From: Felis catus
Taxonomy: Eukaryota
Direction of reading: 5' to 3'
Assembly: GCF_018350175.1 (NCBI RefSeq)
Contig: NC_058386.1
Coordinates: 126,294,001 to 126,358,000 of the forward strand
DNA length: 64,000 nt
In this document: piece by piece, positions 18,906 through 30,700 of the stretch
Layout of the letters: the number at the start of each line of letters is the position of its first letter
Position numbering within the stretch: position 1 is the stretch's first letter
Notes under the pieces: generated by a model
Database searches by the model: none
Seen by the model: the letters and a program-made list of their open reading frames with translations, nothing else
Told to the model about the DNA's origin: nothing
Program-made: the position numbers and the translations under genes

Positions 18906-21289
18906 AGAAAGTGTGTATCTGGTGCGGGTGGGGGTGGGAAGGTGGAAGAGGAATGTGAGTCTGTGGGGGGAGAAGGCGGCATCTGCAACCCACTGGGGCC
19001 TGGGCGGACCCAGCTGTCCTTGCGGCCAACCCGCACTCCCCAGGGCACCTACGTGGCATTGTGGTTCCTTATTGTGGGTGGGAGGGGCGTCCCCCCCAGG
19101 CGCGTGGGCCCCTCTGTGCCTCGTAGCTCCCCGTTCCACAGGGGACGTGACCGGCCTGTGGCTCCCAGCGCCCTCCGTCCCTACCAGGGCTCTGCAGACA
19201 CCCCTTGGCCCCCTGGTGCCACTCCCTTCCCGGCATCTCTTCCCGTCCTCACGTGGGAAGGCGGCCGTGGGTGCTGTTACACGCGGGCTCAGCCAGCCCT
19301 GCTCGCACCGCCATCATGGTCCCAAGGGGACAAATCTGGTTTGGGGGTGGGTGCCCCTATTCCACCCCCCCCACCTTGGCAGCCAGATCCCCCAGTTCCC
19401 CTTGGGTAAGCTGAGGCAGGCGGTCCCATTCCGGGAGGCTGAGGAAGGCAATCTGACCAGTCCCGGCTTCCATTCTTCCCCTTGCCTGAGGCAGAGCAGA
19501 GGGAACGGGGCGGCCCCGGGGCTGGTAGAGGGCATCCAGGCTCTGGGTCTGGCCCTGCCTCCTTGGCAGATGCACAGATCCGACCGTGGGGGGACTTCCC
19601 CGGGGTACAGAGGCTCCTGTGCCCTCCTCCCACGGGCTGGGCCCCGAGTCCTGTTCGGATGCAACATGGGAGGGGGGGTCCTGGAGCAGAGCCATCTGGG
19701 GTCATTTGCAGGAGGGAGGAAGGCAGCCTGGGCCAGAGCACCTCAGGGCACAGCAGGGAGTGGGTGGCCAAGCCTGACCCTAGGTCCTGGACGTGGGGGA
19801 CAAGTGTGAGGACGTCAATGGGGCCTTTTGTTTGGCACTGGGAACCCTGGACAGGGGATCGTCCGGCCTCTGCACCAAATCCTTCGTGCTGTCTCTGAAA
19901 AGGAAAGGGAGCCCCTGTTAGCCAGCTTACCCAATGGAAATGGTTTCCAAGGGAACCGCCTTCAGGGGGCCCATAGCTTCTGGAAAATAAACTCCTTGGG
20001 CCCAATCTTGGGTCCTGGCAGGAAAGGACCTGGAGGTTGGGTGGGGGTGGGTCAGGGAGGGAGTCTTTTGGGGGTCAGGATCGACGGGCCAGTGGGACTG
20101 TAAGGGAAGGAGACCCACTTCCTTATAGCCAATGAAGGGACAGAAAAGGCTATGCCATAGTTGGGGGTGGGGTCTCAGGGAGGAGCCCCTTGTCCTAAGT
20201 AAGGGCGTCACTCAGATGCTCTTCCTGGCTGCTGGCACTGGGCATCTGGCCTCACGCTTGGCTGGCACAGGCCAGAGTTCCTGTGAGGAGGGGGACTGCA
20301 CGGCCTTCCTCTTGGGACCTTGGGCCCACAGGAATGTGGAGCTCAGAGAGGGTGGGCGGCTGCAGGGAGAAGTAGGTAAGCTGTCTGGACAGGTGTGAGA
20401 CTCTGGAACTAGTGACGTCACCAAGGTCAGTAAGTGGTCCCCGATGTTTCCGGGGACCAGCCTGTGCCAGGGGTGGGCTGGGTCCTGAGGACACAAGTGA
20501 GAGAGGCTTCATTCCTGATGTGTTTGGTGGGGGGGTGGGGGGTGGGAGGCTGAGTGTGCACGTGTGTGAACGTAAACAACAAACAGGGAAACAAAAAGTG
20601 AACTTTCTGAGGTCAGGACGTTGAAGCTGGCAAGAGGGACAAGAGGTCAGCCGTCTCAAAGTGGAGGAGGGAGTGTCGCAGGCAGAGGGGAGAGCAAGTG
20701 TGAAGACACTGGCAGGCAGGCTGGAGGTGAGCAGGGCTGGGATGGAGGGAAGGACGGACGGGAAGGAGAGGGAGGGGAGAGACAGGTCAGAAGCCTAGGG
20801 TCCGGGAGATGAGCCGGAGGGGTGGATGCTGATCCTTTCTCGTTTACCTTGAACAGTTCTGCAAAGCCCAGGTTTTCACCCAGTTCACACATCAGCAAGA
20901 AAGGGGGGACGCGGGGATGCCCCGCCTCCTGCCCGGCCCTCCCTTCCCACTCCTCAATGCCCCCAACACAGAAGCTCTTGCTTTTGTCACTTACCAATAC
21001 GTCTGAGTGTCCTGTGTCTCTCTCCGCGTCTGTACACTCAGAGCCTCCTCATGCTTCTGTTTTAAAGGAGCATAATTGATTTTACCGACGTTGGCAAATT
21101 CCCCTCCCTAAGGCCTGGCCCATTTTGCAACCCCACCAGCGGGTGAGAGTGTCCTGGCGCCCCCGAGCCTTGCCCACAGGGGACGGTCCATCACTCCTCG
21201 CCAGGGGACAGACGCAACCCGAGACGGAGTGTGTGTTCTCGCAGTGGGGGCTTTTTTTTTTTAATTTTTAAAAAGTCTTTTCAACCGAA

Positions 21290-21470
21290 GGGCACCTGGG
21301 TGGCTCAGTCATTAAGCTTCTGACTTCGGCTCAGGTCATGATCACGGCTCGTGAGTTCAAGTCCCACATCGTGTGACCTGGAACCCCGCTTCGGGTGAGC
21401 CCCGCTTCTCCCTCTCTGTCTCTTTCTCTCTCTCTCAGCCCCTCGCTCACTTGCACACTCTCTCAAAAAA
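21290..21470 (+). mobile_element. Diverged SINEC
   Basis: GGGCACCTGGGTGGCTCAGTC head, CT tract, short A tail. Confidence 0.85.
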
Positions 21471-21479
21471 ATTTTTTTC

Positions 21480-21740
21480 AACTGAGGAAAAATTCACATA
21501 ACAATAACCATTAACCATTTAAAAATGTAGGTTTCAAAGTGGCATTTACTTTGTTCACAATATTGTGCAACTGTGACCTCTGCCTGGTCCCAAAACATTT
21601 CCATCACCTCAAAAGGAGACCCTGTGCCCATTAAATAGTCTCTCCTCACCCCCTTCCCCCAGCTCCTGACAACCACTAACCTTCTCTCTGTTTGTATGGA
21701 TTTGCGTCTTCTGGAAATTTCACATAAACAGAATCATACA
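21480..21740 (-). mobile_element. Old L1 3' end fragment
   Basis: Same antisense L1M 3' UTR pattern as 18635-18905. Confidence 0.75.
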
Positions 21741-21807
21741 ATTAAAGATCTATGAACATGGAAAGACACTTCATCTTCATGGATTGGAAGGCTCAATACC
21801 GTCAGGG

Positions 21808-22400
21808 TGTCTCTATTAGGTTTCCATCGCTGTGTAACAAATGAAGCAAAACTCAGTGGCTTAAAACAACACCCAGTCGTTACCTGACCATTTCTGTAGG
21901 TCAGAAGTCCAGGCATGATATAAGCGGGGCCTCTACTCAGGGCCTCACGAGGTCGCCCTGAAGGTTGGCTGGGCTGCATTCTCATTGGAGGCTTGGGGTC
22001 CTCTCCCAAGCTCATATTGTTCTTGGTAGGGGTCAGTTCCCTGTGACTCCAGGACTAGGTCCCTGTTCTCTCATTGGCTGTGGGCCAGAGAATGCTCTCA
22101 GCTCCCAGAAGCCACCTGAGATTCACTGCTACCCCGGAGCCCTCCATAGCCATGTTCATGCTTGGAATCTCTCTCTTCAGGAAAGGCCCCTTTGTGGTTA
22201 AGGCCTCACCTAATTAGGTCTGGCCCACCCAGATACGCTCCTTTTTGATGAACTCAAAGTCAACTGGTTAGTAACCTGACCATGGGAGTGATGTCCCATC
22301 ATGTGTGAAGGGTCTGCTCTGCCTCAAGGGGAGGGGATCATACAGGCTTATATGCTAGGAGGCAGAAATCTTGGGGCCATCTTAGAATTTTGCCCCATGA
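21808..22400 (-). mobile_element. MaLR solo LTR (MLT1D/E-like) nested in L1
   Basis: GTGTAACAAA...CAGTGGCTTAAAACAACAC...GGGGCCATCTTAGAATT is the antisense MLT1 pattern. Confidence 0.75.
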
Positions 22401-22677
22401 TGACAACTTTCCCCAAAGTGATCTATGAATTCAGTGCAATCCCTACCCCAAACCCCAGCATGCTTTTTTTGTAGAAATTGACAACCTCATCCTCAAAGCA
22501 TATAGACATGGGAAGGACCCAGAATATCCAAAAAACAATTCTGATTTCAAAACTTACTATGAAGCCACACTAATCAAGGCATGTTGTATAAGTACAAGGA
22601 TAGGTGTGCAGGTGGATGGCACAGCATCAGGAGTCCAGAAATAAATCCTTACATTTACGGTTAGGAAATGATGCTGG

Positions 22678-22870
22678 GAGGATGCCTGGGTGGCTCAGAC
22701 GGTTAAGCATCTGACTTCGGCTTAGGTCATGATCTCGCGGTTCGAGAGTTCGAGCCCCATGTCGGACTCTGTGCTGTCCTTGCAGAGCCTGCTTCAGATC
22801 CTCTGGCCCCCTCTCTCTCTCTGCCCCTCCCCCAGTTGTTCTCTCTCTCTCAAAAATAAACATTTAAAAA
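22678..22870 (+). mobile_element. SINEC
   Basis: CAN-SINE head, body and tail. Confidence 0.9.
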
Positions 22871-22942
22871 GAAAGGAAGGAAGGATGGATGGGTGCTGGA
22901 GCAGTCAGATATCTGTATGGAAAAAGTGAATTTTAACCCTGA

Positions 22943-23375
22943 TGTCATGGGTTGAATTGTGTCCCCTAGAAAGAAATGTTGCAGTACTCCCCCAGGAGCT
23001 TGGAATGTGACCTGATTTGGAGACGGGGTTTTTATAGATGTAATTAAGTTAAGATGGGCTTGTATTGGAGAATGGGCCCCAATCTAATATGACTGGCATC
23101 CTAAGAAGAGAGGAGTCGGACACACACATGCAGGGAGCAGGTCATGTGACAACAGAGACTGCAGTGATGTGTCTACTGGCCAAGGAAGGCCACGCACTGC
23201 CAGCAACACCAGAGGCTGGAAGAGGCAAGGACGGAGCCTCCCCCTAGAACCTTCGGAGGGAGCTCGGCCCTGCTTTCCCTCCTCTGGCCTCCAGAGCTGT
23301 GGGAGGATAAACATCTCTTGTTTTAAACCCCTCAGTATGTGGTACTTTCTTTCGGCAGCCCCAGGACACTCACCT
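22943..23375 (+). mobile_element. MaLR solo LTR (MLT1C-like) nested in L1
   Basis: TGTCATGGGTTGAATTGTGTCCCC start; AGAGGCAAGGA...TTGTTTTAAACC...GCAGCCCCAGGA end. Confidence 0.8.
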
Positions 23376-23539
23376 TGTTTGACCATATGGAGAAATGAAC
23401 TAGACACGGATTATAGGCTGAAAAGTAAGAGCCCAGACTGAGAAAAACATCTAAGTAAAACACAGAGAAAATCTTTGTGACCTTGGGCAGGACACAGAAG
23501 ACATTAATAATAAAAGGAAAAATGAATAAATTGGACTTC

Positions 23540-23770
23540 GGGGTGCCTGGATGGCTCAGTCAGTTAAGCGTCTGACTTCGGCTCAGGTCATGATCTCATG
23601 GTCTGTGAGTTTGAGCCCTGCGTCGGGCTCTGTCCTGACAGCTTGGGGCCTGGAGCCTGCTTCGGATTCTGTGTCTCCCTCTCTCTCTCTCTGTCCCTCC
23701 CTTGCTTGCACTCTGTCTCTGTCTCTGCCTCTCTCTCAACAACAAACAAACATTTAAAAAATTTTAAAAA
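23540..23770 (+). mobile_element. SINEC
   Basis: Full element; near-TSD ATAA(A/G)TTGGACTTC on both sides. Confidence 0.92.
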
Positions 23771-23798
23771 ATAAGTTGGACTTCATAAAAATGCAAAC

Positions 23799-24032
23799 TT
23801 TTTTTTTTAAAGTTTACTTACTTATTCTGAGAGAGAAACACAGAGAGACAGAGGGAGGCAGAGAGCATGAGCAGGAAAGGGGCAGAGAGACAGGGAGACA
23901 CAGAATCCGAAGCAGGCTCCAGGCTCCAAGCTGTCAGCACAGAGCCCGACGTGGGGCTCGAACCCACAGACTGTGAGATCATGACCTGAGCCGAAGTCAG
24001 ACGCTTAACTGACTGAGCCATCCAGGCGCCCC
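23799..24032 (-). mobile_element. SINEC without a visible TSD
   Basis: Reverse-oriented full element. Confidence 0.92.
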
Positions 24033-24281
24033 AAAGCTCATTTTAAAGGGAAGACAGAAAACAAAGGCAATTAATGAAACTGGTTACCTAAAGGAGGAGG
24101 GACAGAACCAGGTGGTAGTGGTTCAGGAGGGGATGACATTGCCGTGGGTGTATCTTCTGTGTAATTTTGACTCCTGGACACATGTTGCTGCTTTATATAC
24201 CTAAAGACTAAAAACAACAAAATGGGGGGAAAGCTAAAATTGAACACAAACAGAAATTATCCCAAGAGTATTTTGTTAAGA

Positions 24282-24497
24282 TTTTTTTTTCAACGTTTTT
24301 TAATTTATTTTTGGGACAGAGAGAGACAGAGCATGAACGGGGGAGGAGCAGAGAGAGAGGGAGACACAGAATCGGAAACAGGCTCCAGGCTCCGAGCCAT
24401 CAGCCCAGAGCCCGATGCAGGGCTCGAACTCACGGACCGCGAGATCGTGACCTGGCTGAAGTCGGACGCTTAACCGACTGCGCCACCCAGGCGCCCC
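24282..24497 (-). mobile_element. Young felid SINE (SINEC_Fc-like)
   Basis: TSD ATCCCAAGAGTATTTTG at 24259-24275 and 24499-24515. Confidence 0.95.
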
Positions 24498-24570
24498 AAT
24501 CCCAAGAGTATTTTGAATGAATAGCATAACCATATTAAAGGGATACGTGAAAAAGACTATCCAAGCAATC

Positions 24571-24783
24571 TTTTTTTTTTAACGTTTATTTATTTTTGAG
24601 ACAGAGAGAGATAGAGCATGAACGGGGGAGAGGCAAAGAGAGAGGGAGACACAGAACCGGAAGCAGGCTCCAGGCTCTGAGCCATCAGCCCAGAGCCCGA
24701 CGCGGGGCTCGAACTCACGGACCGCGAGATCGTGACCTGAGCTGAAGTCGGATGCTTAACCGACTGAGCCACCCAGGCGCCCC
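24571..24783 (-). mobile_element. SINEC, first of a tandem pair
   Basis: Full element flanked by CAAGCAATCTTT. Confidence 0.94.
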
Positions 24784-24810
24784 ATCAAGCAATCTTTTAA
24801 AAAAAAAAAA

Positions 24811-25023
24811 TTTTTTTTTTAACATTTATTTATTTTTGAGACAGAGAGAGAGAGAGCATAAACAGGGGAGGGTCAGAGAAAGAGGGAGACACAGAATCCG
24901 AAACAGGCTCCAGGCTCTGAGCTGTCAGCACAGAGCCCGACGCAGGGCTCGAACCCACAGACTGTGAGATCATGACCTGAGCCGAAGTCGGACGCTTAAC
25001 CGACTGAGCCACCCAGGCGCCCC
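24811..25023 (-). mobile_element. SINEC, second of a tandem pair
   Basis: Full element followed by CAAGCAATCTTT. Confidence 0.94.
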
Positions 25024-25593
25024 CAAGCAATCTTTAAATATAGCATTCTTACTTTACACCCTCAGTGTTGACGGAAGACACAAACAACAAAATCCTGCAA
25101 ATAAATCCCAAACCCCACTCAGTAGGTTTGTCTGTCCTGGGGCTATGGGTGCTGCCTATTACAGGAGGATCACGCAAAGGAGTCAACATATTGACGATGT
25201 TGGGAGCTAGGTCTCTGTCTCCCACTACTGGAGAAGGGAGACATAAATATGGACTGGGGAAAGGCTAAGAGCTTTTATTGTGGAATTGGAAGGGAAGGTA
25301 TCAGTAGTGTGTCCTCCGGATTTGTATATATAAATCTGTCTGTCTATCTATCTCTCCGTCTATCTATCTATGTATCCATCTATCAGGGCAGATATCCTAG
25401 CTCTGCCCACTGACAGTGCCTAAGAGCACGATACCCCAGTAGCAACGAGCACACCTCAGCCCCATTTCTTGGTTTCTAAATATTATTCTCCTTGGAAGAA
25501 TGGCTGATTCCAGGGTTGGGGTGAGCAAAAGTACAAGAAGCATGTGGAAATTCTTGTGCCAAAAGTAATAAAGGACCTAAAGAATTATGGGGC

Positions 25594-25812
25594 GGGACGC
25601 CTGGGTGGCTCAGTCAGTTAAGCGTCTGATTTCAGCTCAGATCATGATCTCACTGCTCTTGGGTTCGGGCCTCACGTTGGGCTCTGCACTGACAGCTCAG
25701 AGCCTGGAGCCTGCTTCGGATTCTGTGTCTCCCTCTCTCTCTGCCCCTCCCCCGCTCACGCTCTCTCTGTCTCTCTCTGTCTCTCTCTCTCTCAAAAATA
25801 AACATTAAAAAA
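25594..25812 (+). mobile_element. SINEC
   Basis: CAN-SINE head, CT tract, A tail. Confidence 0.92.
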
Positions 25813-26169
25813 ATTTTTAACAATGATGGGGACATGTCAGAAGGGCAGAGTCGTCAGCTTGAAGGGGCCAAATCTGACACAATTTGAACATCAACATGAA
25901 TAATGAACAATAACGGGTTATAGTCCACTGAATAAAATGACGGTCCACAAGCCCATATAGATGATGAATACACAGATAAACAGAGGAGCTCTTCCTGATG
26001 GCAGAAGGCCATCGAATAAATGTAGGAGGGGTCACGGAGGAAGAAAACCCCTCTCGCGGCTGTCAGAATAATCAGTGATGCAGGCAACGATTATCAATGA
26101 TTGGGTGACGTTTTGATGAGGAACGGAATATTTACCTAGTTTTAAAATATCTTCCTACAAAGTACTTTT

Positions 26170-26416
26170 TTGTTAAGTACACTCTACACCCAACGTGGGG
26201 CACAAACGCAGAACCCCAAGACCAAGAGTCACACGCTCCACTGACTTAGCCAGCGAGGGGCTCAGCTACAAACTAGTTTTTTTTTTTTTAATCTTTATTT
26301 ATTTCTGAGAGAGAGAAAGCAGGGGAGCAACAGAGAGAGAAGGAGACACAGGATCCAAAGCCGGCTCCAGGCTCCAAGCTGTCAGCACAGAGCCCGACGT
26401 GGGGCTCGAACTCACA
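26170..26416 (-). mobile_element. Old tRNA-like SINE remnant plus 5'-truncated SINEC
   Basis: 26170-26262 is a diverged tRNA-derived head; 26278-26416 is tail and body of a CAN-SINE that stops abruptly. Confidence 0.7.
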
Positions 26417-27527
26417 AGGTGCTCACAGTGAACGTCACAGGGAGGGGACAAGGCAAAGACACACAGAGAGACGGCCTAGCCTCACAGGGAGAGAGCGTGG
26501 GTGTCTTCCCAACACGACACAGCCTGGATCTCACCATGAGAAAACATCAGACAAACCCAAACTGAAGGACATTCTACCAAATACCTGGCCTGCATTCCTC
26601 AAAAGTGTCCATGTCATGAAACGCCAAGGCAAGCACAGGAATGTTCCAAATGAAAGGGGACTGAAGAGAAGTGACAACCAAATGCAATGTGCAGTCCTAG
26701 GCTGGACCCTGCATCAGAAAAAACAACGTGAACATTTCTGATGTTGACATGTTGTACTGTGGTTATGTAAGTCACTAAAATAATTCTATCGTAACTATAC
26801 TGTGGTTATGGAGTGCAGGCTGAAACATTTAGCGGTAAAGGGGCAAGGTGTATGCACATGACATTGAATAGTTCAGAAAAATATCAATTTTTTACATAAA
26901 ATAAATGTTTTATACTATATATATACACACACATATACACGTGCATACATCAGAGAGAGGTGGGGGTGACGGAGAGGGTGAGTGAGAAAGCAAATGGGGC
27001 AAAATATGAACTATGGGTGAGTCTGGGTTAAGGGCACATGAGGGCTCTCTGTGCTGTTCTTACAATTTTTCTGTAAGTCCAAAACAATTGCAAATTATAA
27101 AATTAGAAGGAAATCAACCACTTCTAGCCAACATTTGAGAGGAAGGCTTAGCCATGGCAATTAGGCAACAAAATAAAATAAAAGACGTCCAGGTTAGAAG
27201 GGAAGAAGTCAAACTATATTTTCAGATGATGTAATCTTGTATATGCAAAAGCCTAAGAGATCCCCTAAAAACATATTAGAGGTAATAAACGAGGTCAGCA
27301 AGGTTTCAGGACAAAAGGTCATTACGAAAACCAATTGTATTTCTATATACCCTAGCAATAAACAATCCAAACTGAAACTAAGAAAAGAATTCCATTTACA
27401 AATAGGATCAGAAAAAATAAAACACTTAGGAATAAATTTAACAAAAGAAGTACAAGGCTTGTACACTGAAAGCTACAAAATATCATCAAAAGATATTAAA
27501 AAGGACCTAAATAAACAGAAAAACATC

Positions 27528-27900
27528 TGTTCAGCCAGATTTCTCCAGAGAAACATAACAGGACACACACACAGAGGATTTATTTTGAGGAATTAGCTCA
27601 TGCAATTGTGGGGGCTGGCAATTTGGCAGGCTGGAGACTCAGGCAGGATTTCTATGTTACAATCTTGAGGCGGAATTTCTACTTCTCCAGGAAACCTTAA
27701 TTTTTGCTTTTAAGGCTTTCAATTGAGTGGACCAGACCCACACAAATCATGGAGGGCCATCTGTACTTAAGGTTGACTAATTGTAGACATGGACCACATA
27801 TACAAAATACCTCCACAGCAACACCTAGATGAGTGTTTGATTAAATAACTGGGGACCATAGCCTAGCCAACTGAAATTAATAAACATAAAATTGATCAAC
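27528..27900 (-). mobile_element. ERVL MLT2-like solo LTR nested in L1
   Basis: TTCTCCAGAGAAACA...GGAATTAGCTCATGCAATTGTGGGGGCTGGCAA...CTAGCCAA pattern. Confidence 0.75.
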
Positions 27901-28546
27901 ATCCCATGTTCATGGATGGAAAGACTTAATCTTATTAAGATGGCAACACCCCCTAAATTTACCAACAGAGTCAATTTCATCTCTATCGAACTCCCATTGG
28001 CTTTTTTTTTTTTTTTTTTGCAGAAACTGACAAGCTTACCTTAAAATCATAAGGAAATGCAAGGGACATTGAGTATCAGGCAAAACACTCTTGGAAAAGA
28101 ACAAATTCAGAGGACTCACAATTCCCAGTTTCAAAACTTACTACCAAACTACAGTGATCAACACTGTGATATTGGTATAAAGATAGACATATAGATCAAT
28201 GGAATAGAAATGAAAGAGTCCAGGAATAAACCCATATATCTATTGTCAACTGATTTTTGATGAGGGTGCCAAGACCATTCAATGGGGGAAAGAACAGCCT
28301 CTTCAACAAATGAATAGCAGTCACATGGAAGAAAATGAAATTGGACCACAACCTCACATTACATACAAAAACTAACCCCAAAATGGATCAGAGACCTAAA
28401 CTTAAGAGCAAAAACTATAAAACTCTTAGAACAAAGCATAGGGGTAAATTTTTGTGACCTTGGATTAAGGAATAGTTCCTTAGATAGAACAACAAAAGAC
28501 AAGCAGCAAAGGAAGGATACATTAGTTGTCATCAAAATCTAAAACT

Positions 28547-28680
28547 NNNNNNNNNNNNNNNNNNNNNNNNNNNNNNNNNNNNNNNNNNNNNNNNNNNNNN
28601 NNNNNNNNNNNNNNNNNNNNNNNNNNNNNNNNNNNNNNNNNNNNNNNNNNNNNNNNNNNNNNNNNNNNNNNNNNNNNNNN
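28547..28680. other. Assembly gap (134 N) inside an L1 remnant
   Basis: N run. Confidence 0.99.
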
Positions 28681-28710
28681 AAAAACTCAATTAAAAATGG
28701 GCAGAGCTTA

Positions 28711-28916
28711 GGGGCGCCTGGGTGGCTCAGTCGGTTGAGGGTCCGACTTTGGCTCAGGTCATGGTCTCATGGCCTGTGAGTTCGAGCCCCACATCAGGCT
28801 CTGTGCAGACAGCTCAGAGCCCAGCCTGCTTTAGATTCTGTGTCCCTCTCTTGCTCTGCTCCTCTCCTGCTCATGTTCTGTCTCTGTCTCTCTCTCAAGA
28901 ATAAACAAAACATTTA
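28711..28916 (+). mobile_element. SINEC nested in L1
   Basis: TSD AAAAATGGGCAGAGCTT at 28693-28709 and 28917-28933. Confidence 0.93.
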
Positions 28917-29789
28917 AAAAATGGGCAGAGCTTGAATAGATGTTTCAGATTGCTTTGTATATCACAGAAGACATGCAAATGGCCAAGGAACTCATGAAAA
29001 GATGCTCAACATCATTCGTCATCAGGGAAATGCAAATCAAAACAAGATACCATTTCACACCCACTGGGATGGCTAGAAACAATCAGATAATAAGGGTTTG
29101 TCAGAATGTGGAGAAATTGGAACCCTCATACACTGCTGATGGGAATGTAAAATGGTGCAGCTACTTTGGAAAGCTCTTTGGCCATTTTTCTCAAAATGTT
29201 AAAAATAGTTATCATGTGACCCAGAAATCCCACTCCTAGGTGGAGGGGAAAGGAAAATGTGTTCATGCAAAAAACTTGTACACGAATGTTCTTAACAGCA
29301 TTATTCACAACAGCCAAAAGATAGAAAAAGCCCAGATGCTCATCAATTGATGAATGGAGAAATGTGATATATCCGTGTAATGGAATATTGTTTAGCCCTA
29401 AAAGGAGACGAAGTCCTGATCCATGCTACAACATGGATGAACCTTGAAAACATTACGGTAAAGTGAAAGAACCCAGACCTGAAAGACGCATGCATATTGT
29501 ATGAGTCCGTTCATATGAAATGTCCGGAACAGGCAAATCCATAGTCAGAAAGTAGATCAGTGGTTGCCCGCTGGGGAAGGGGGGGGGCTATTTATGAGTA
29601 TGGGGGTTTCCTTTGGGGGTGATGAAATGTCCTAGAATTTGACGGGGTGGTTGCACAAGTTTGTGAATATACTACAACTCACCGAGTGTTACACCTTAAA
29701 TGGGTGATTTACGTGATAGGCGCATTCTATCTTAATAAAGCTGTTTACAAAGAAAAGGAAAAAGAAAGCAAGGGAATTAAACCTCCAGA

Positions 29790-30700
29790 TTCCGGGCCGC
29801 GGTGGCGGTGGCGGGCTGGGTAAGGGGCCGGGTGTAGATGGCTGACAGCCTCCCGTCCTCGTGCTGGGCACTTGCACGGTATTAGCTACGGGCCCTCCGG
29901 GTTATGGATCCTGAGGGGGAGGGTGTCCCGAGCAAGGACCGCGCGGACGTCGGCTGGCGCGCGCCTGGCAGGTCGACGACACACGGCCGCCGGCGCACCG
30001 GCAGCAGGTGGCCAGGGGCGCGCCTCGGAGCGCCTGGGCGGGGCGGGGTCTGTGCGCGCCGGCGCAGCGGCGCGCCGGGCCCGAGGGGGTGTGGCGCGGG
30101 CGCGCGCCGGTCCCAGGGTTGCCCCAGGCGGCGGGCGGGGAGTAGAGGGAGAGGCACGCGCCGCGGACGCGGCCATTGTGCGAGGGGGGGGTAGGCTCGC
30201 TGGGCGGACACCCAGGCGGTTCCTGGGGTCCCCGGCTGCGCGCTGGGCTCCCCCCGGCCCCGGGGTAGGAGCGGCCCTCGGCCGCGCACCCGGCCGCCCG
30301 GCCCTCCCTGGGCGCCCCTGCCCGGCGCGGTGGTACGGTCCGGGTTTAAAAGGCCCCGGCGGCCGCGGGCCTGCCCAGTGTGTGGGCGGCGACGGGGGCG
30401 CGCGCGGGGCGCGGCGGCGGGGACGCGCGAGTGGGGCCGGTGTGGGGCTCGGGGGCGCGTCCACGTGGCTGGCAGGCGGCCACCCGGAGCCAGCGGCAGC
30501 GGAGGGACCGGTAGGTAGGTGGCCTCCATACCCCGCCGCCCGTGAGGGGACGGACTGCTCGGTGGCCCGGGATTCGGGCAGCTCGGAGGTTGGGTTCGGC
30601 CTCGAGGGGGTCGGGCCCTACCTCTGCTCTTGCATCTTGGACGCCGGCCTGAGTGGTCCTTCGTGCCCGGCGCCTGCAAAGACGGCCAGCCTGAGCCCAG
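29790..30700 (+). promoter_or_regulatory. CpG island promoter and probable non-coding exon 1 (about 30377-30510) of PLXNA3
   Basis: CpG-rich; TATA-like TTTAAAA at 30345-30351; donor CCG|GTAGGT at 30511; acceptor of the next exon at 32387/32388. Confidence 0.75.

Larger units (their letters stand above)
21742..27110 (+). mobile_element. Fragmented ancient L1 (L1MC-like; ORF2 pieces plus long 3' UTR) interrupted by LTRs and SINEs
   Basis: ORF2-like segments (TCATGGATTGGAAGGCTCAAT, GAAATTGACAACCTCATCCTCAAA, TTGGACTTCATAAAAAT) followed by L1MC-type 3' UTR. Confidence 0.7.
27115..29745 (+). mobile_element. Ancient L1 (L1MB-like) 3' portion: degenerate ORF2 and 3' end
   Basis: ORF2-like translations IKHLGINLTKEVQGLYTESYK and [23 protein letters not shown]; ends TAATAAAGCTGTTTACAAAGAAAA. 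Confidence 0.9.

Noticed and set aside
18777-20005. Overlapping 210-298 aa ORFs downstream of FAM50A
   Set aside because: One begins in an L1 fragment; GC-rich, no splice or domain support
27115-29745. L1 ORF2-like peptides as an active retrotransposon
   Set aside because: Many stops and frameshifts, nested LTR and SINE insertions, 5' truncated: a fossil
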